NCBI GenBank assembly: GCA_005793215.1
Contig: SXPV01000071.1
Span: 1-52,538, forward strand
DNA from: Actinomycetota bacterium
GTDB taxonomy: Bacteria > Actinomycetota > Acidimicrobiia > Acidimicrobiales > Ilumatobacteraceae
Reading direction: 5' to 3'
Length of the DNA stretch: 52,538 bases
Shown in pieces: positions 28,240-36,819 of the stretch (position 1 is its first letter; every line of letters starts with the position of its first letter). Made by a program: the position numbers and the translations under genes. A model generated the notes under the pieces. It worked only from the letters and a program-made list of their open reading frames with translations. It searched no databases and had not been told where the DNA came from.

Positions 28240-28665
28240 ATGAGTGCCATGAAGAAGATTGCAGTGGGAACAGATGGATCGGAGAACTCAATCGCAGCAC
28301 TGCGTTGGGCACTTGCTGAGGCAAAAGTCCACGGTGCAACCGTTGATGTGGTGTACTCGTGGGAGTTTCCCCCCGTCATCGATCCACTAGGAGTCTCAAT
28401 GTTGCCGAGCACGGACGATATGAATGCTTCTGCATCTCGTTTACTGAAGGGTGTCATGGACAAAGTTGATGCGAATGGTGTGTCCGTCACGAGCCGTGTA
28501 GTTCGGGGAGCTCCCGCGGCGGCACTACTAACAGCCGGGGAGAGTGCCGACTTGTTGGTGTTAGGCCGACGTGGACACGGTGGTTTCCTGGGTCTCTTGC
28601 TCGGCTCGGTTGCCGAACAAGTGGCTCATCATGCCTCGTGCCCGGTGGTGCTCGTTCCAGCCTGA
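28240..28665 (+). CDS. Universal stress protein (UspA family)
   Basis: KKIAVGTDGSENSIAALRWA..LLVLGRRGHGGFLGLLLGSVAEQVAHHASCPVVLV. GGAGGGG ribosome-binding site before ATG 28240. Confidence 0.85.
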   Translation: MSAMKKIAVGTDGSENSIAALRWALAEAKVHGATVDVVYSWEFPPVIDPLGVSMLPSTDDMNASASRLLKGVMDKVDANGVSVTSRVVRGAPAAALLTAGESADLLVLGRRGHGGFLGLLLGSVAEQVAHHASCPVVLVPA

Positions 28666-28690
28666 CTCGCAGAGTCGCTAGGGTCGCGAC

Positions 28691-29923
28691 GTGCATGGTT
28701 GGACAGCTGAAGATGGTGGACCGCGTCGTCAGCAGTGGCTGGAGGGTGCGCAACTGAACCTCGCTGCAACGGAGACGTTGCAAGTAACGAGTCGAACGAT
28801 GATGGTGGTCACCATGGTGGTGATGCCATCACCTGATGACTTGTTCGTGCTCTGTCACACGGGCGGTGACGATGCAGTGTCATGGGTGGAGCAAGTACAT
28901 CCGGAGACACTGGAAACACTCGCAACGAGCGACAAGTTGCCGGGGGGTCGCGCGTGGCCTGGTGGCATTGCAGTTCACCCGAAAGGCGACCTCTACGTGG
29001 TATTCGGCAACCATGCGCACCGGCTCAATCGTCAGTTGCAAACCGTGGTTTCACGAGAGTTGCCAAGGCTGCGTCCGTACAACAGCTTCGTGTTGTTGCC
29101 GGACGGTCACTTGGTGACCAAGGACTTTTCTGGATCACGACCAGGAAACGAGGTTGCTGAACCCTTTGACTCCACCGAGCTCGTCGTGCTCGAGCCCGAC
29201 AACCTGCGAATCGTCTCTACGTTGGAGTTGCCAGAGGCTTCAATAGCACGGCTCTCCGCCGACGATGACGATGTGTACGTCATCGGAACTACGGCGTTGT
29301 GGCGCGTGCGATGGACTGGATCCGCACTCGAGCAGGAGGCGTTTCGGGCGCAGTACCGAAACTTGGAGGGTCAGACCTTTGGTTGGGATGCAGTGATTGC
29401 CGATGGCTGTGCCTGGTTCTTGGACAATGGGGAGTCCACCCACAAATTTGCCGGCACGCTACGTGGAGTCGGCACAGCCACCGCCCCGCTGCATCTGGTC
29501 CGAGTGTGGCTGGACTCGGGTCGAGTTCTCCTCACCGACATTTGCGGTGAGCCGGGAGGTGTAGTGGCAAACCCACCATTGGTTGACGCACAACGCAAAG
29601 TGGTCGTTGGTTTCGACAGCGGCAACGGTGTTCTGGCTGGATTTCGCTACGACGATGAATCGCTGACTCCATTGTGGTCGCACCCGCAGAATCACGGCTC
29701 GCACATGTTGCTCTATCCCGAGTCGGGCGAGTTCGTGAGCGCGCACCACGATGCAGAACGCGGTGTAGAGCAAGTGGTGGTGCGCGATGTCGTCACCGGC
29801 CGAGAGAAGGCCCGAGTGGACACGGGGTCACCAATTCAGTCGGTGGTCTTCCCGGCGTGCGGCATGCGCCGCGACTTTTACTGGTGCAGCATGCTGTCGC
29901 TGAACCGCGTCAGTGTGCAGTAA
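28691..29923 (+). CDS. Hypothetical protein, about 370-410 aa, possibly beta-propeller-like; no family recognised
   Basis: Long ORF with coding-like composition and repeated strand-like segments (GDLYVVFGN, DGHLVTKDF, VYVIGTTALWRV, VVVGFDSGNGVLAGF). No signal peptide. The start is uncertain anywhere from 28691 to 28823. Confidence 0.5.
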   Translation: MHGWTAEDGGPRRQQWLEGAQLNLAATETLQVTSRTMMVVTMVVMPSPDDLFVLCHTGGDDAVSWVEQVHPETLETLATSDKLPGGRAWPGGIAVHPKGDLYVVFGNHAHRLNRQLQTVVSRELPRLRPYNSFVLLPDGHLVTKDFSGSRPGNEVAEPFDSTELVVLEPDNLRIVSTLELPEASIARLSADDDDVYVIGTTALWRVRWTGSALEQEAFRAQYRNLEGQTFGWDAVIADGCAWFLDNGESTHKFAGTLRGVGTATAPLHLVRVWLDSGRVLLTDICGEPGGVVANPPLVDAQRKVVVGFDSGNGVLAGFRYDDESLTPLWSHPQNHGSHMLLYPESGEFVSAHHDAERGVEQVVVRDVVTGREKARVDTGSPIQSVVFPACGMRRDFYWCSMLSLNRVSVQ

Positions 29924-29958
29924 CTGCCCAGTGCCATTTACTTGCATGGTCCGGTGGG

Positions 29959-30525
29959 CTATGAGGTCATGCCCCGTAACCCGGTGAGGTGTCGGGCGTA
30001 CTCGATCTCGCCCATGTGGCGCAATGCATGTTGGTAGATCCAACACTCGAGGCCATCGAGCACGGTGATGCCAACATCGCCACCAACGCGTGCCGAAAAT
30101 GTGGTGGCAATTTGCGGTGGATACGGCTTGGGGAAGATCACTCGTGACACGTCATCGGGGGACAACTCGGCAGCCCAGTTCTCCACTCGAGTGAACACTT
30201 GACTCATGTAGTCCTTGAAAGCGTCATAATCGCCAATCTGCTGGTGCACCATTTCTTCCACCGTTCGGTGCTTGCCGTGGTCGCCGATGGTCGGAAGAAC
30301 CCGCACTGCCCAATCGTCGTTCCAGAGCGGAGGCTTGCCGTTCAGCAGCATGAGTGAGGCATCGATCATGTTGACGATGTGGAACAGGCTGAATGCGATG
30401 GGCAATACATCGTCGCGTTCCTTGTAATTGACGTGGTGAAGGTCCATGGTGGCCGTGGCGTCTTCGTAAAGCGAGAAGATTGCTCGAAGGCGACGACGCA
30501 GCGAGTCGAGCATTAGTTCGGACAT
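29959..30525 (-). CDS. DinB-like four-helix-bundle protein (tentative)
   Basis: His-bearing helices (LFHIVNMIDASL, YQHALRHMGEIEY) are reminiscent of the DinB/YfiT family. Start placed at ATG 30525 (MSELML); the track maximum is 30555. Confidence 0.4.
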   Translation of the reverse strand: MSELMLDSLRRRLRAIFSLYEDATATMDLHHVNYKERDDVLPIAFSLFHIVNMIDASLMLLNGKPPLWNDDWAVRVLPTIGDHGKHRTVEEMVHQQIGDYDAFKDYMSQVFTRVENWAAELSPDDVSRVIFPKPYPPQIATTFSARVGGDVGITVLDGLECWIYQHALRHMGEIEYARHLTGLRGMTS

Positions 30526-30547
30526 GTCGCGAGCGTACACTGGCCCC

Positions 30548-31483
30548 ATGTTCAACTACCAGCTCGGAGTGCAAGAGGTGAACGAAGGCTGTTTTGCATA
30601 CCTGCAACCAGACGGTGGTTGGGGTTACAGCAATGCCGGCTTGGTGGTTGGGGACGGTCGCTCGTTGTTGGTGGATACGTTGTTCGATTTGAAACTGACC
30701 GATGCGATGCTCACCTCGATGAAGCCGTTGACGGGCTCAGCACCCATCGACACCGTGGTGAACACCCATGCCAACGGCGACCACTGCTATGGCAATGAGC
30801 GAGTTACCAATGCCGAAATCATCTCGTCCACCTCGGCAGCACAGGAGATGCGCGAGGTTCCTCCTCAGTTGCTTGCATCGCTGAACGCAGCTCCCGGCGA
30901 AGTTGGTGACCTCTTCAGATCGTTCTTCGGTGATTTTGAGTTTGCGGGGATCACACTGACACCTCCTACTCGAACATTCGACGGGCGTCTCGATATCGAG
31001 GTTGGTGGTCGCGTGGTGGAACTGATGGAAGTGGGACCGGCTCACACCAACGGCGATGTCATCGTGCACGTACCCGATGCGAAAGTGGTGTACACCGGCG
31101 ACATCTTGTTCATCAACGGCACTCCGATCGTGTGGGCGGGGCCATTGGAAAACTGGATTGCGGCATGCGATCTGATCACCTCGCTCGGGGCCGATGTAGT
31201 GGTGCCTGGGCACGGGCCGATTACCGACAACACGGGGGTTGCAGAAGTTCGGGACTACTTGTCGTATGTCTTACGGGAAGCGTCGTCACGACAGGACTCC
31301 GGAATGGATGCGTTCGATGCTGCGCGCGATATTGCGCTTGATGCGTACGGAACCTGGGGTGAGTTTGGTCGCATCTGTGTCAATGTCGACACGGTGTACC
31401 GATCACGTAATCCGCAGCACCAGAGCCCCGATGTCGTGGAGCAGTTTCGTCGGATGGCGTCCCTGGAGCAGAGCCACGGTTGA
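30548..31483 (+). CDS. Metallo-beta-lactamase fold hydrolase
   Basis: AGLVVGDGRSLLVDT, metal motif region VVNTHANGDHCYGN, later GPAHTNGDV and VVPGHGP. The start is ATG 30548 or ATG 30524. Confidence 0.8.
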   Translation: MFNYQLGVQEVNEGCFAYLQPDGGWGYSNAGLVVGDGRSLLVDTLFDLKLTDAMLTSMKPLTGSAPIDTVVNTHANGDHCYGNERVTNAEIISSTSAAQEMREVPPQLLASLNAAPGEVGDLFRSFFGDFEFAGITLTPPTRTFDGRLDIEVGGRVVELMEVGPAHTNGDVIVHVPDAKVVYTGDILFINGTPIVWAGPLENWIAACDLITSLGADVVVPGHGPITDNTGVAEVRDYLSYVLREASSRQDSGMDAFDAARDIALDAYGTWGEFGRICVNVDTVYRSRNPQHQSPDVVEQFRRMASLEQSHG

Positions 31484-31503
31484 ACGTGGCGGCGCCGACA
31501 TGG

Positions 31504-32262
31504 CTAAGAGTGGTCGGGGAGAATCACCGAGCGACCATCCGTGGTCGCCGTTACTCGAATCTTCTGGTGGTAGACATCGGAAAGTAGTGCCTCGGTGAGC
31601 ACCGTACGTGGTTCGCCGCTTGCCACACATCGACCTTGGTGCAACACCACAACTTCGGTGGCAAATCGCATCGCCACGTTGAGATCGTGCAACACGGCGA
31701 TGACACCGCGTCCCTCGTCCACCAGCGATCGCGCAATCGCGAGGAATCGTTCTTGTTGCCCAATGTCGAGCACCGCAGTGGGTTCGTCGAGGAACAGCAA
31801 TGGTGTGTCCTGTGCCAGTACTCGCGCCATGGAGACACGTGCCTGTTCACCGACGGACAGCGTCTGATACGTACGCCCAGCCAACGCCATGACCTCCATA
31901 CGTTGCATTGCGGCGGTGATTCGTTCATCGTCTTGCTCGTTCAGCCACGGGCTACGACCCATCGTCACGATCTCGCGAACGGTGAATGGGAACGAAATGG
32001 CAATCTGCTGCGGTAGCACGGCGCGCACCCGTGCCAGATCCCGGGGTGCCAGGGTTGACAATTCGCGGCCATTGATGGATACCGAACCACCGGTGATCGG
32101 GAAGTCGCCGGCGATTGCACCAAGCAAGGTGGACTTTCCTGCACCATTGGGGCCGAGAACCGCCAGCAACTCGCCGGACTTCACGTTGAGCGACACATCT
32201 TCCAACAGCGTCGTGCCACCGCGCGACACCACGAGATGTGAAGCGCTGAGTGTCGCAGTCAT
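31504..32262 (-). CDS. hmuV: Haem (hemin) ABC importer ATP-binding protein
   Basis: GPNGAGKSTLL, RAVLPQQIAISFPFTVREIVTMGRSPW (HmuV-type pattern), LSVGEQARV, LLFLDEPTAVLD. ATGA overlap with the hmuU stop places the start at 32262. Confidence 0.8.
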   Translation of the reverse strand: MTATLSASHLVVSRGGTTLLEDVSLNVKSGELLAVLGPNGAGKSTLLGAIAGDFPITGGSVSINGRELSTLAPRDLARVRAVLPQQIAISFPFTVREIVTMGRSPWLNEQDDERITAAMQRMEVMALAGRTYQTLSVGEQARVSMARVLAQDTPLLFLDEPTAVLDIGQQERFLAIARSLVDEGRGVIAVLHDLNVAMRFATEVVVLHQGRCVASGEPRTVLTEALLSDVYHQKIRVTATTDGRSVILPDHS

Positions 32263-33290
32263 GCCCAACCGCCTTGACTGCGACGAGTGCTACGCAAGAG
32301 CAACAGGAAGAACGGTGCGCCAATCAATGCAGTCACCACGCCCAGTGGAAGTTCCGCCGGTGACAACAAGGAGCGTGCCGCGAGATCAGCCAGCAGAGTG
32401 ACACTTGCACCGAGCAGTGCGGCAGTCCACAACAGATGTTGGTGCCGCGGACCAAGCACGATTCGCATGATGTGTGGCACGAGCAAACCCACGAAGGCGA
32501 TCATTCCCGTGGCTGCCACGGCACTGGATGCGAGTAGTCCCACTACGGCAATTGCCTGCAGTCGAACCGGCTCCACTCGCACACCGAGATGGGTGGCAGG
32601 TCGATCACCAAGTGCAAGTGTGTCGAGCACTCGCGCAAACTTTGCACTCATCGCCATGCCCAGTAACGCGAGTGGAATGACGAGTCCAACCGCCTTCCAT
32701 GTTGCAAGTCCAAGGGTGCCAAGGCTCCAGAACGTGACAGAACGAATTTCGTCGTCATCTGCGACGAATACGGCGAATCCAATCACCGCACCGGCAAATG
32801 CATTGATGGCAATTCCGGTGAGAATGAGTGTGACCACCTCGGTTTTGCCGTCCGAGCGTGAGAGCACGTACACCAAGGCAGTGGAGAGAGTGCCGCCAAG
32901 GAATGCCGCCAACTGAACACCGAGCGGCAACTGATTGAGTCCGACGATGATGGCGATCACCGCGCCAACCGCGGCACCGGCAGAAACACCAACCGTCGCC
33001 GGTTCGGCCAGAGGATTTCGAAAGATTCCCTGCATGATCACACCAGCAACGGCAAGGCTCGCCCCAACGATGATGGCGAGCACGATGCGTGGGAGTCGAA
33101 CCTGCCAGAACACGTTGTGTGCAACGACTTCCGATGTGTCGCGAGAAGGGCCATCACCGATGATGCCGAAGAGATCCGACAACGAGATTCGAAACGCTCC
33201 AGTTGCCAGTGACAAGAGCGTGGTGACCGTGAGTAGTGCCACCAGGAAGATTGCAACTGCGGGAAGGCTGGTGCGGCGGGCGTTGGTCAT
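32259..33290 (-). CDS. hmuU: FecCD-family iron/haem ABC importer permease
   Basis: 343 aa, about 9-10 TM. RLPRIVLAIIVGASLAVAGVIMQGIFRNPLAEP is the FecCD signature region. ATGA overlap with the hmuT stop. Confidence 0.85.
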   Translation of the reverse strand: MTNARRTSLPAVAIFLVALLTVTTLLSLATGAFRISLSDLFGIIGDGPSRDTSEVVAHNVFWQVRLPRIVLAIIVGASLAVAGVIMQGIFRNPLAEPATVGVSAGAAVGAVIAIIVGLNQLPLGVQLAAFLGGTLSTALVYVLSRSDGKTEVVTLILTGIAINAFAGAVIGFAVFVADDDEIRSVTFWSLGTLGLATWKAVGLVIPLALLGMAMSAKFARVLDTLALGDRPATHLGVRVEPVRLQAIAVVGLLASSAVAATGMIAFVGLLVPHIMRIVLGPRHQHLLWTAALLGASVTLLADLAARSLLSPAELPLGVVTALIGAPFFLLLLRSTRRSQGGWA

Positions 33291-34276
33291 GTGTCGCTAC
33301 TAAAGGTGTCGAGAATTTCCGCCAACCGAGCGATGAGCGAACCGGTTCGCGGACCAAATGAGAGTAGTAGGTCATCATCCACCGCGATAACTGCACGTGC
33401 AGCTGCGGCTCGGGTACTCGACACGCCGGGTAGCGCCAGCAGCCCGTCGATTCCACCGACGGAATCCAAGCCGCGAGTCATCACCAGGAGAACGTCGGGA
33501 TCGGATTGCACGATGGCCTCGGCTGTGAGAGGAGTGAACGCTGACAGGCCGTTGAGCGCACCGACATCAATTGCCCCGGTTGCCGCGACGAGTTCGTCGG
33601 CTCCAGAACCAGAACCACCGAGCAAGTACACCGATGCAGTTCCTCGAACATAAAGGAAGGCAACACGAGGCGTGGACGCGTACGCACCGACATTCTTCAG
33701 TGCATCGTCGATGGCTCGTTGCGTGAGGTTCACGAGATCTTCGCCAGCTTGTGGAATGCCGAGTGCATTCGAGATCATCTCCACCCGCGACGGGAGTTCG
33801 GACAACGTCCATACCTCCGGTGCGATGAGTACCGCCACACCAGCTCCGCGCAGCTGCTGTAATGCCTCGGGTGGACCGGTTCGAGTGTCCCCGATGACCA
33901 CGCTTGGCCGGAGCGCAAGCACGCTTTCTGCGCTGATGTCGTGTCCATTGCTCACTTCCGTGACGTCAGCCAACGTGGCGAGGGTGGTGGTGGCATCACG
34001 ACCGATGATGGAATCCTTCATGCCAAGCGAGACGACAATCTCTGCAATCGCTTCGTTGAGAACGATGATTCGTGACGTGTCGGTGACCTCCACCACAACT
34101 CCGTCGGCACCGGTCGTCGTGGTGGGAAGTGCGGGAGTTTCAGGCTCGATCGTGGGAAGCGGGAAATCTTGCGACAGAATGAACCGTGCGCCGACCTCCG
34201 ATTGTTGGGTGCCGTCGCTGCAACCGACCAACGCCATGATGATCAACGAACCAACCACCAACGTTCGCCGCAACAT
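33287..34276 (-). CDS. hmuT: Haem/iron-complex ABC substrate-binding lipoprotein
   Basis: Signal peptide plus lipobox MLRRTLVVGSLIIMALVGCS from ATG 34276. Class III periplasmic binding-protein layout (RIIVLNEAIAEIVVSLG.., PSVVIGDTR, PDVLLVM). The track extension to 34591 is antisense to the Thr-rich linker of the divergent gene. Confidence 0.8.
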   Translation of the reverse strand: MLRRTLVVGSLIIMALVGCSDGTQQSEVGARFILSQDFPLPTIEPETPALPTTTTGADGVVVEVTDTSRIIVLNEAIAEIVVSLGMKDSIIGRDATTTLATLADVTEVSNGHDISAESVLALRPSVVIGDTRTGPPEALQQLRGAGVAVLIAPEVWTLSELPSRVEMISNALGIPQAGEDLVNLTQRAIDDALKNVGAYASTPRVAFLYVRGTASVYLLGGSGSGADELVAATGAIDVGALNGLSAFTPLTAEAIVQSDPDVLLVMTRGLDSVGGIDGLLALPGVSSTRAAAARAVIAVDDDLLLSFGPRTGSLIARLAEILDTFSSDT

Positions 34277-34289
34277 CGCCCTCAAGGGT

Positions 34290-34985
34290 ATGAGGACGGG
34301 GCGCAGGCGCCGAACTCCGACCGTGAGACGTTGGTTACCTGCAACTGCAGTGGTCCTCGTGCTGATGGGGTGTGGAACCAACGACAACGACGTTTCCGTG
34401 ACATCATCTCCCTCGGCAACCGTGGAATCAACGACCACCACCGTGACGGTCGCCGAGTCGACCACGACGGTGTCCGCGGCAGCGTCAACGTCGACCGCCG
34501 CCACCACGATTCCGCTTGTCGGCTCCACCTCCACAACGACCACCGTCACCACGACGCCGACAGTGGCAAAGCCGAAGCCGCGATTGACCATAAGTCAGAC
34601 CACGGGGTTGGATCCCAAGGGTTCCATCGTCTCTGTTCGTGGCTTTGGGTTTGATGTGACCAAGGGGATCTACGTGTTCGTGTGCAATCAGGCTGAGTGG
34701 AACGCCGCGCGACGATGTGTCGGCGGCGTGAACGTCGATGGCTCATCCCCGCTATCGCAGTGGGTGTCGTCGAATCCTCCTGGGTATGCCATAGGTCTCA
34801 CGGTTCCCTTCGTGGCCGACGGATCTTTTGTCGTACCTTTGCTCGTGAGAGCCACTGATGATTCGACCAACCTCATTGACTGCACCAAAGAGCGGTGTGG
34901 AATCGTTGCGTTTGCCGATCACACGAGGCGCGATGATCGTTCGCAAGACGTTTTCGTGCCGATAAGTTTCACCGCTGGTTCATAA
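34290..34985 (+). CDS. Secreted lipoprotein: Thr/Ser-rich linker plus C-terminal neocarzinostatin-fold-like domain
   Basis: MRTGRRRRTPTVRRWLPATAVVLVLMGCG (lipobox), then a linker rich in T, S and V. Domain TISQTTGLDPKGSIVSVRGFGF..VCx10C..IDCTKERCGIVAF..VPISF parallels the neocarzinostatin apoprotein (TPSSGLSDG..V.G.G, Cx9C, DCTTAAC, AISF). The ORF upstream of 34290 is antisense to hmuT. Confidence 0.6.
   Translation: MRTGRRRRTPTVRRWLPATAVVLVLMGCGTNDNDVSVTSSPSATVESTTTTVTVAESTTTVSAAASTSTAATTIPLVGSTSTTTTVTTTPTVAKPKPRLTISQTTGLDPKGSIVSVRGFGFDVTKGIYVFVCNQAEWNAARRCVGGVNVDGSSPLSQWVSSNPPGYAIGLTVPFVADGSFVVPLLVRATDDSTNLIDCTKERCGIVAFADHTRRDDRSQDVFVPISFTAGS
34392..34580 (+). other. Low-complexity Thr/Ser/Val-rich linker coding region
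   Basis: Encodes VSVTSSPSATVESTTTTVTVAESTTTVSAAASTSTAATTIPLVGSTSTTTTVTTTPTVAKPKP. The biased composition also creates a spurious open frame on the opposite strand. Confidence 0.8.
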
Positions 34986-35015
34986 GTACAACAGCATCTC
35001 ACCAAAGGAGCCGCA

Positions 35016-35813
35016 ATGAATAGGAAGTTCTTCCCGGGTCTGATCGTCGGTGCACTCATCGGTGTCGTTCCGTTGGTTCCCGTATCGCCAGTCTCGGCAG
35101 CAGTCGTGGTAACGCCGAGCAAATCGACCGGGCTCGTTGACGGCGAGCGGATCACATTGACATTGTCGGGGATTCCCGCCACCCAAGGTGTGTACATTCG
35201 CCAGTGCTACAAGCCAGTCACTGGTCAGCGTGAATCAACCGGTCTCAAGTGCAACGGCAGTTTGAAGCGAATCGACGAAATGATCTGGGCAACCATGTTC
35301 GGTGCGCGAGGTTCGCAGTCTGCATCCGGCACCTTGACGCTTCCATTGAAAGACAAAGTGGTGGTGTACGAGGCGGATGGAACCACGATCAAGGAAACCC
35401 TGAGTTGTGGATTTACCGACTGTGCAATCTTCGTGCACCGAGATCACCTCGGTTTGCAGGATGTTGCGCTGGATACGGTGGTGCCGTTGACGTTCCTTGG
35501 CAAGCAGGCAATCAAGGCCCGGGTGATTGGTCTTCCCAAGGTCGACGTCGCCCAGCAAGTCGGCGGCAGTGTCCAGCTGAAGAACTCCGCGCTGGTGACG
35601 GATCGCAAGTCGATCGTTCGTATAACCAGTCGAGCCTTTCAACAAACACCGGAGTCCGGCACCTCGCCTTCGAAGGTGTGCACCGTGTCGAAAGGTGCAA
35701 CCATCACGACCATTCGTTTCGTGAAGAAGGGAATTTGCGTACTGGAGTTGACGGCCAAGGCCACCGAGACGTACCAGCGATTCACTGCAACGTTCACGTA
35801 CACGGTGGGCTGA
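35016..35813 (+). CDS. Secreted protein: N-terminal neocarzinostatin-fold-like domain plus C-terminal Ig-like domain; paralogue of the 34290 domain
   Basis: AAGGAG ribosome-binding site and signal peptide MNRKFFPGLIVGALIGVVPLVPVSPVSA. Then VVVTPSKSTGLVDGERITLTLSGIP..QCx14C..LSCGFTDCAIFV..VVPLTF. C-terminal CTVSKGATITTIRFVKKGICVLELTA resembles a bacterial Ig-like module. Confidence 0.6.
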   Translation: MNRKFFPGLIVGALIGVVPLVPVSPVSAAVVVTPSKSTGLVDGERITLTLSGIPATQGVYIRQCYKPVTGQRESTGLKCNGSLKRIDEMIWATMFGARGSQSASGTLTLPLKDKVVVYEADGTTIKETLSCGFTDCAIFVHRDHLGLQDVALDTVVPLTFLGKQAIKARVIGLPKVDVAQQVGGSVQLKNSALVTDRKSIVRITSRAFQQTPESGTSPSKVCTVSKGATITTIRFVKKGICVLELTAKATETYQRFTATFTYTVG

Positions 35814-35873
35814 GCTCGTCATCCTCTTGGTGGGATGAACCCATCGTCAGCGTGGTGTGACGGTGACTCTCGG

Positions 35874-36818
35874 CTAGCCCTTTACGGCACCGGCGATGAG
35901 CCCTCGAACGAAATAGCGCTGCATCGAAAAGAACACGATCAGTGGCGCGGCAGTCTGAATGAACGCAGCAGCAGGTAGCAAGTGTTCGTTGGTGCCGAAG
36001 TCGCCGGCCAAGTTGGCGATGAGGATGGTGGTGGGGAGAGCATTCGGATTCGTTCCCGCCATCGTGTTGGCGATGAGATAGTCGTTCCAGGTCCAGAGGA
36101 ATTGGAAGATGGCAAACGCTGCCAGCACTGGAATGGACAACGGTACGACCAGCCGCCAGAAGATGGTGAAGTGATCAGCACCGTCAACGCGGGCAGACTC
36201 GAAGATTTCGCCCGGCAATCCAGCGATGTAGTTGTGAATGAGGAAGATCGCAAATGGCAGAGCAAAGCCCGTGTGGGTGAGCCACACAGCAGTCGTGGTG
36301 TTCACCAGGTCCAAGTCAGGGAACAGGGTGATGGTTCTTTCCATCCAAGGAATGGTGAAGTGAGCGCCACCTACGTACAACTGCAGGAGCGGAATCAGGG
36401 CAACTTGTAGGGGCAGCGCCAGGAGTGACACCGTGGCGATGAAGAGCGTCTTTCGACCCTTGAATTTCATCCAGGCAAAGGCGTACGCCGCAAACGCAGC
36501 AATGGCAATGGGAATGATCGTTGCAGGAACGCTGATGGCAATCGAATTGAGAAGCGACTTGCTGAGATTGGTATTGACGTTCGTTTCAAATATTTGTCGG
36601 TAATTGTCAAGGGTGAGCTGATCGGGTTGCACCGTCCACCAGCCACTTCCACGCTGATCATCACGAGAACGCCAGGAGTTGATGAAGAGACTCACGGTGG
36701 GCAGACTCCAGACCACCACGATGAACCAGAGCCCGGCTACGGGCAACCGACGAAGGCGACCGTAGAGCCACGCAATGGGGCCGGTTTCTGTTTCGCGCTC
36801 CTGATGTCGGACGGTCAT
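35874..36818 (-). CDS. Carbohydrate ABC importer permease (MalG-type)
   Basis: 314 aa, 6 TM. EAA-loop region ESARVDGADHFTIFWRLVVPL. Confidence 0.85.
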   Translation of the reverse strand: MTVRHQERETETGPIAWLYGRLRRLPVAGLWFIVVVWSLPTVSLFINSWRSRDDQRGSGWWTVQPDQLTLDNYRQIFETNVNTNLSKSLLNSIAISVPATIIPIAIAAFAAYAFAWMKFKGRKTLFIATVSLLALPLQVALIPLLQLYVGGAHFTIPWMERTITLFPDLDLVNTTTAVWLTHTGFALPFAIFLIHNYIAGLPGEIFESARVDGADHFTIFWRLVVPLSIPVLAAFAIFQFLWTWNDYLIANTMAGTNPNALPTTILIANLAGDFGTNEHLLPAAAFIQTAAPLIVFFSMQRYFVRGLIAGAVKG

Positions 36819-36819
36819 C

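Noticed and set aside
33672-34289. Upstream extension of the plus-strand lipoprotein ORF to 437 aa, and the reciprocal extension of hmuT from 34277 to 34591
   Set aside because: Each extension is antisense to the well-supported part of the other gene. Both proteins acquire proper lipoprotein signal peptides only at the internal starts (34290 and 34276). The hmuT extension is a translation of the Thr-linker complement (Val-rich).
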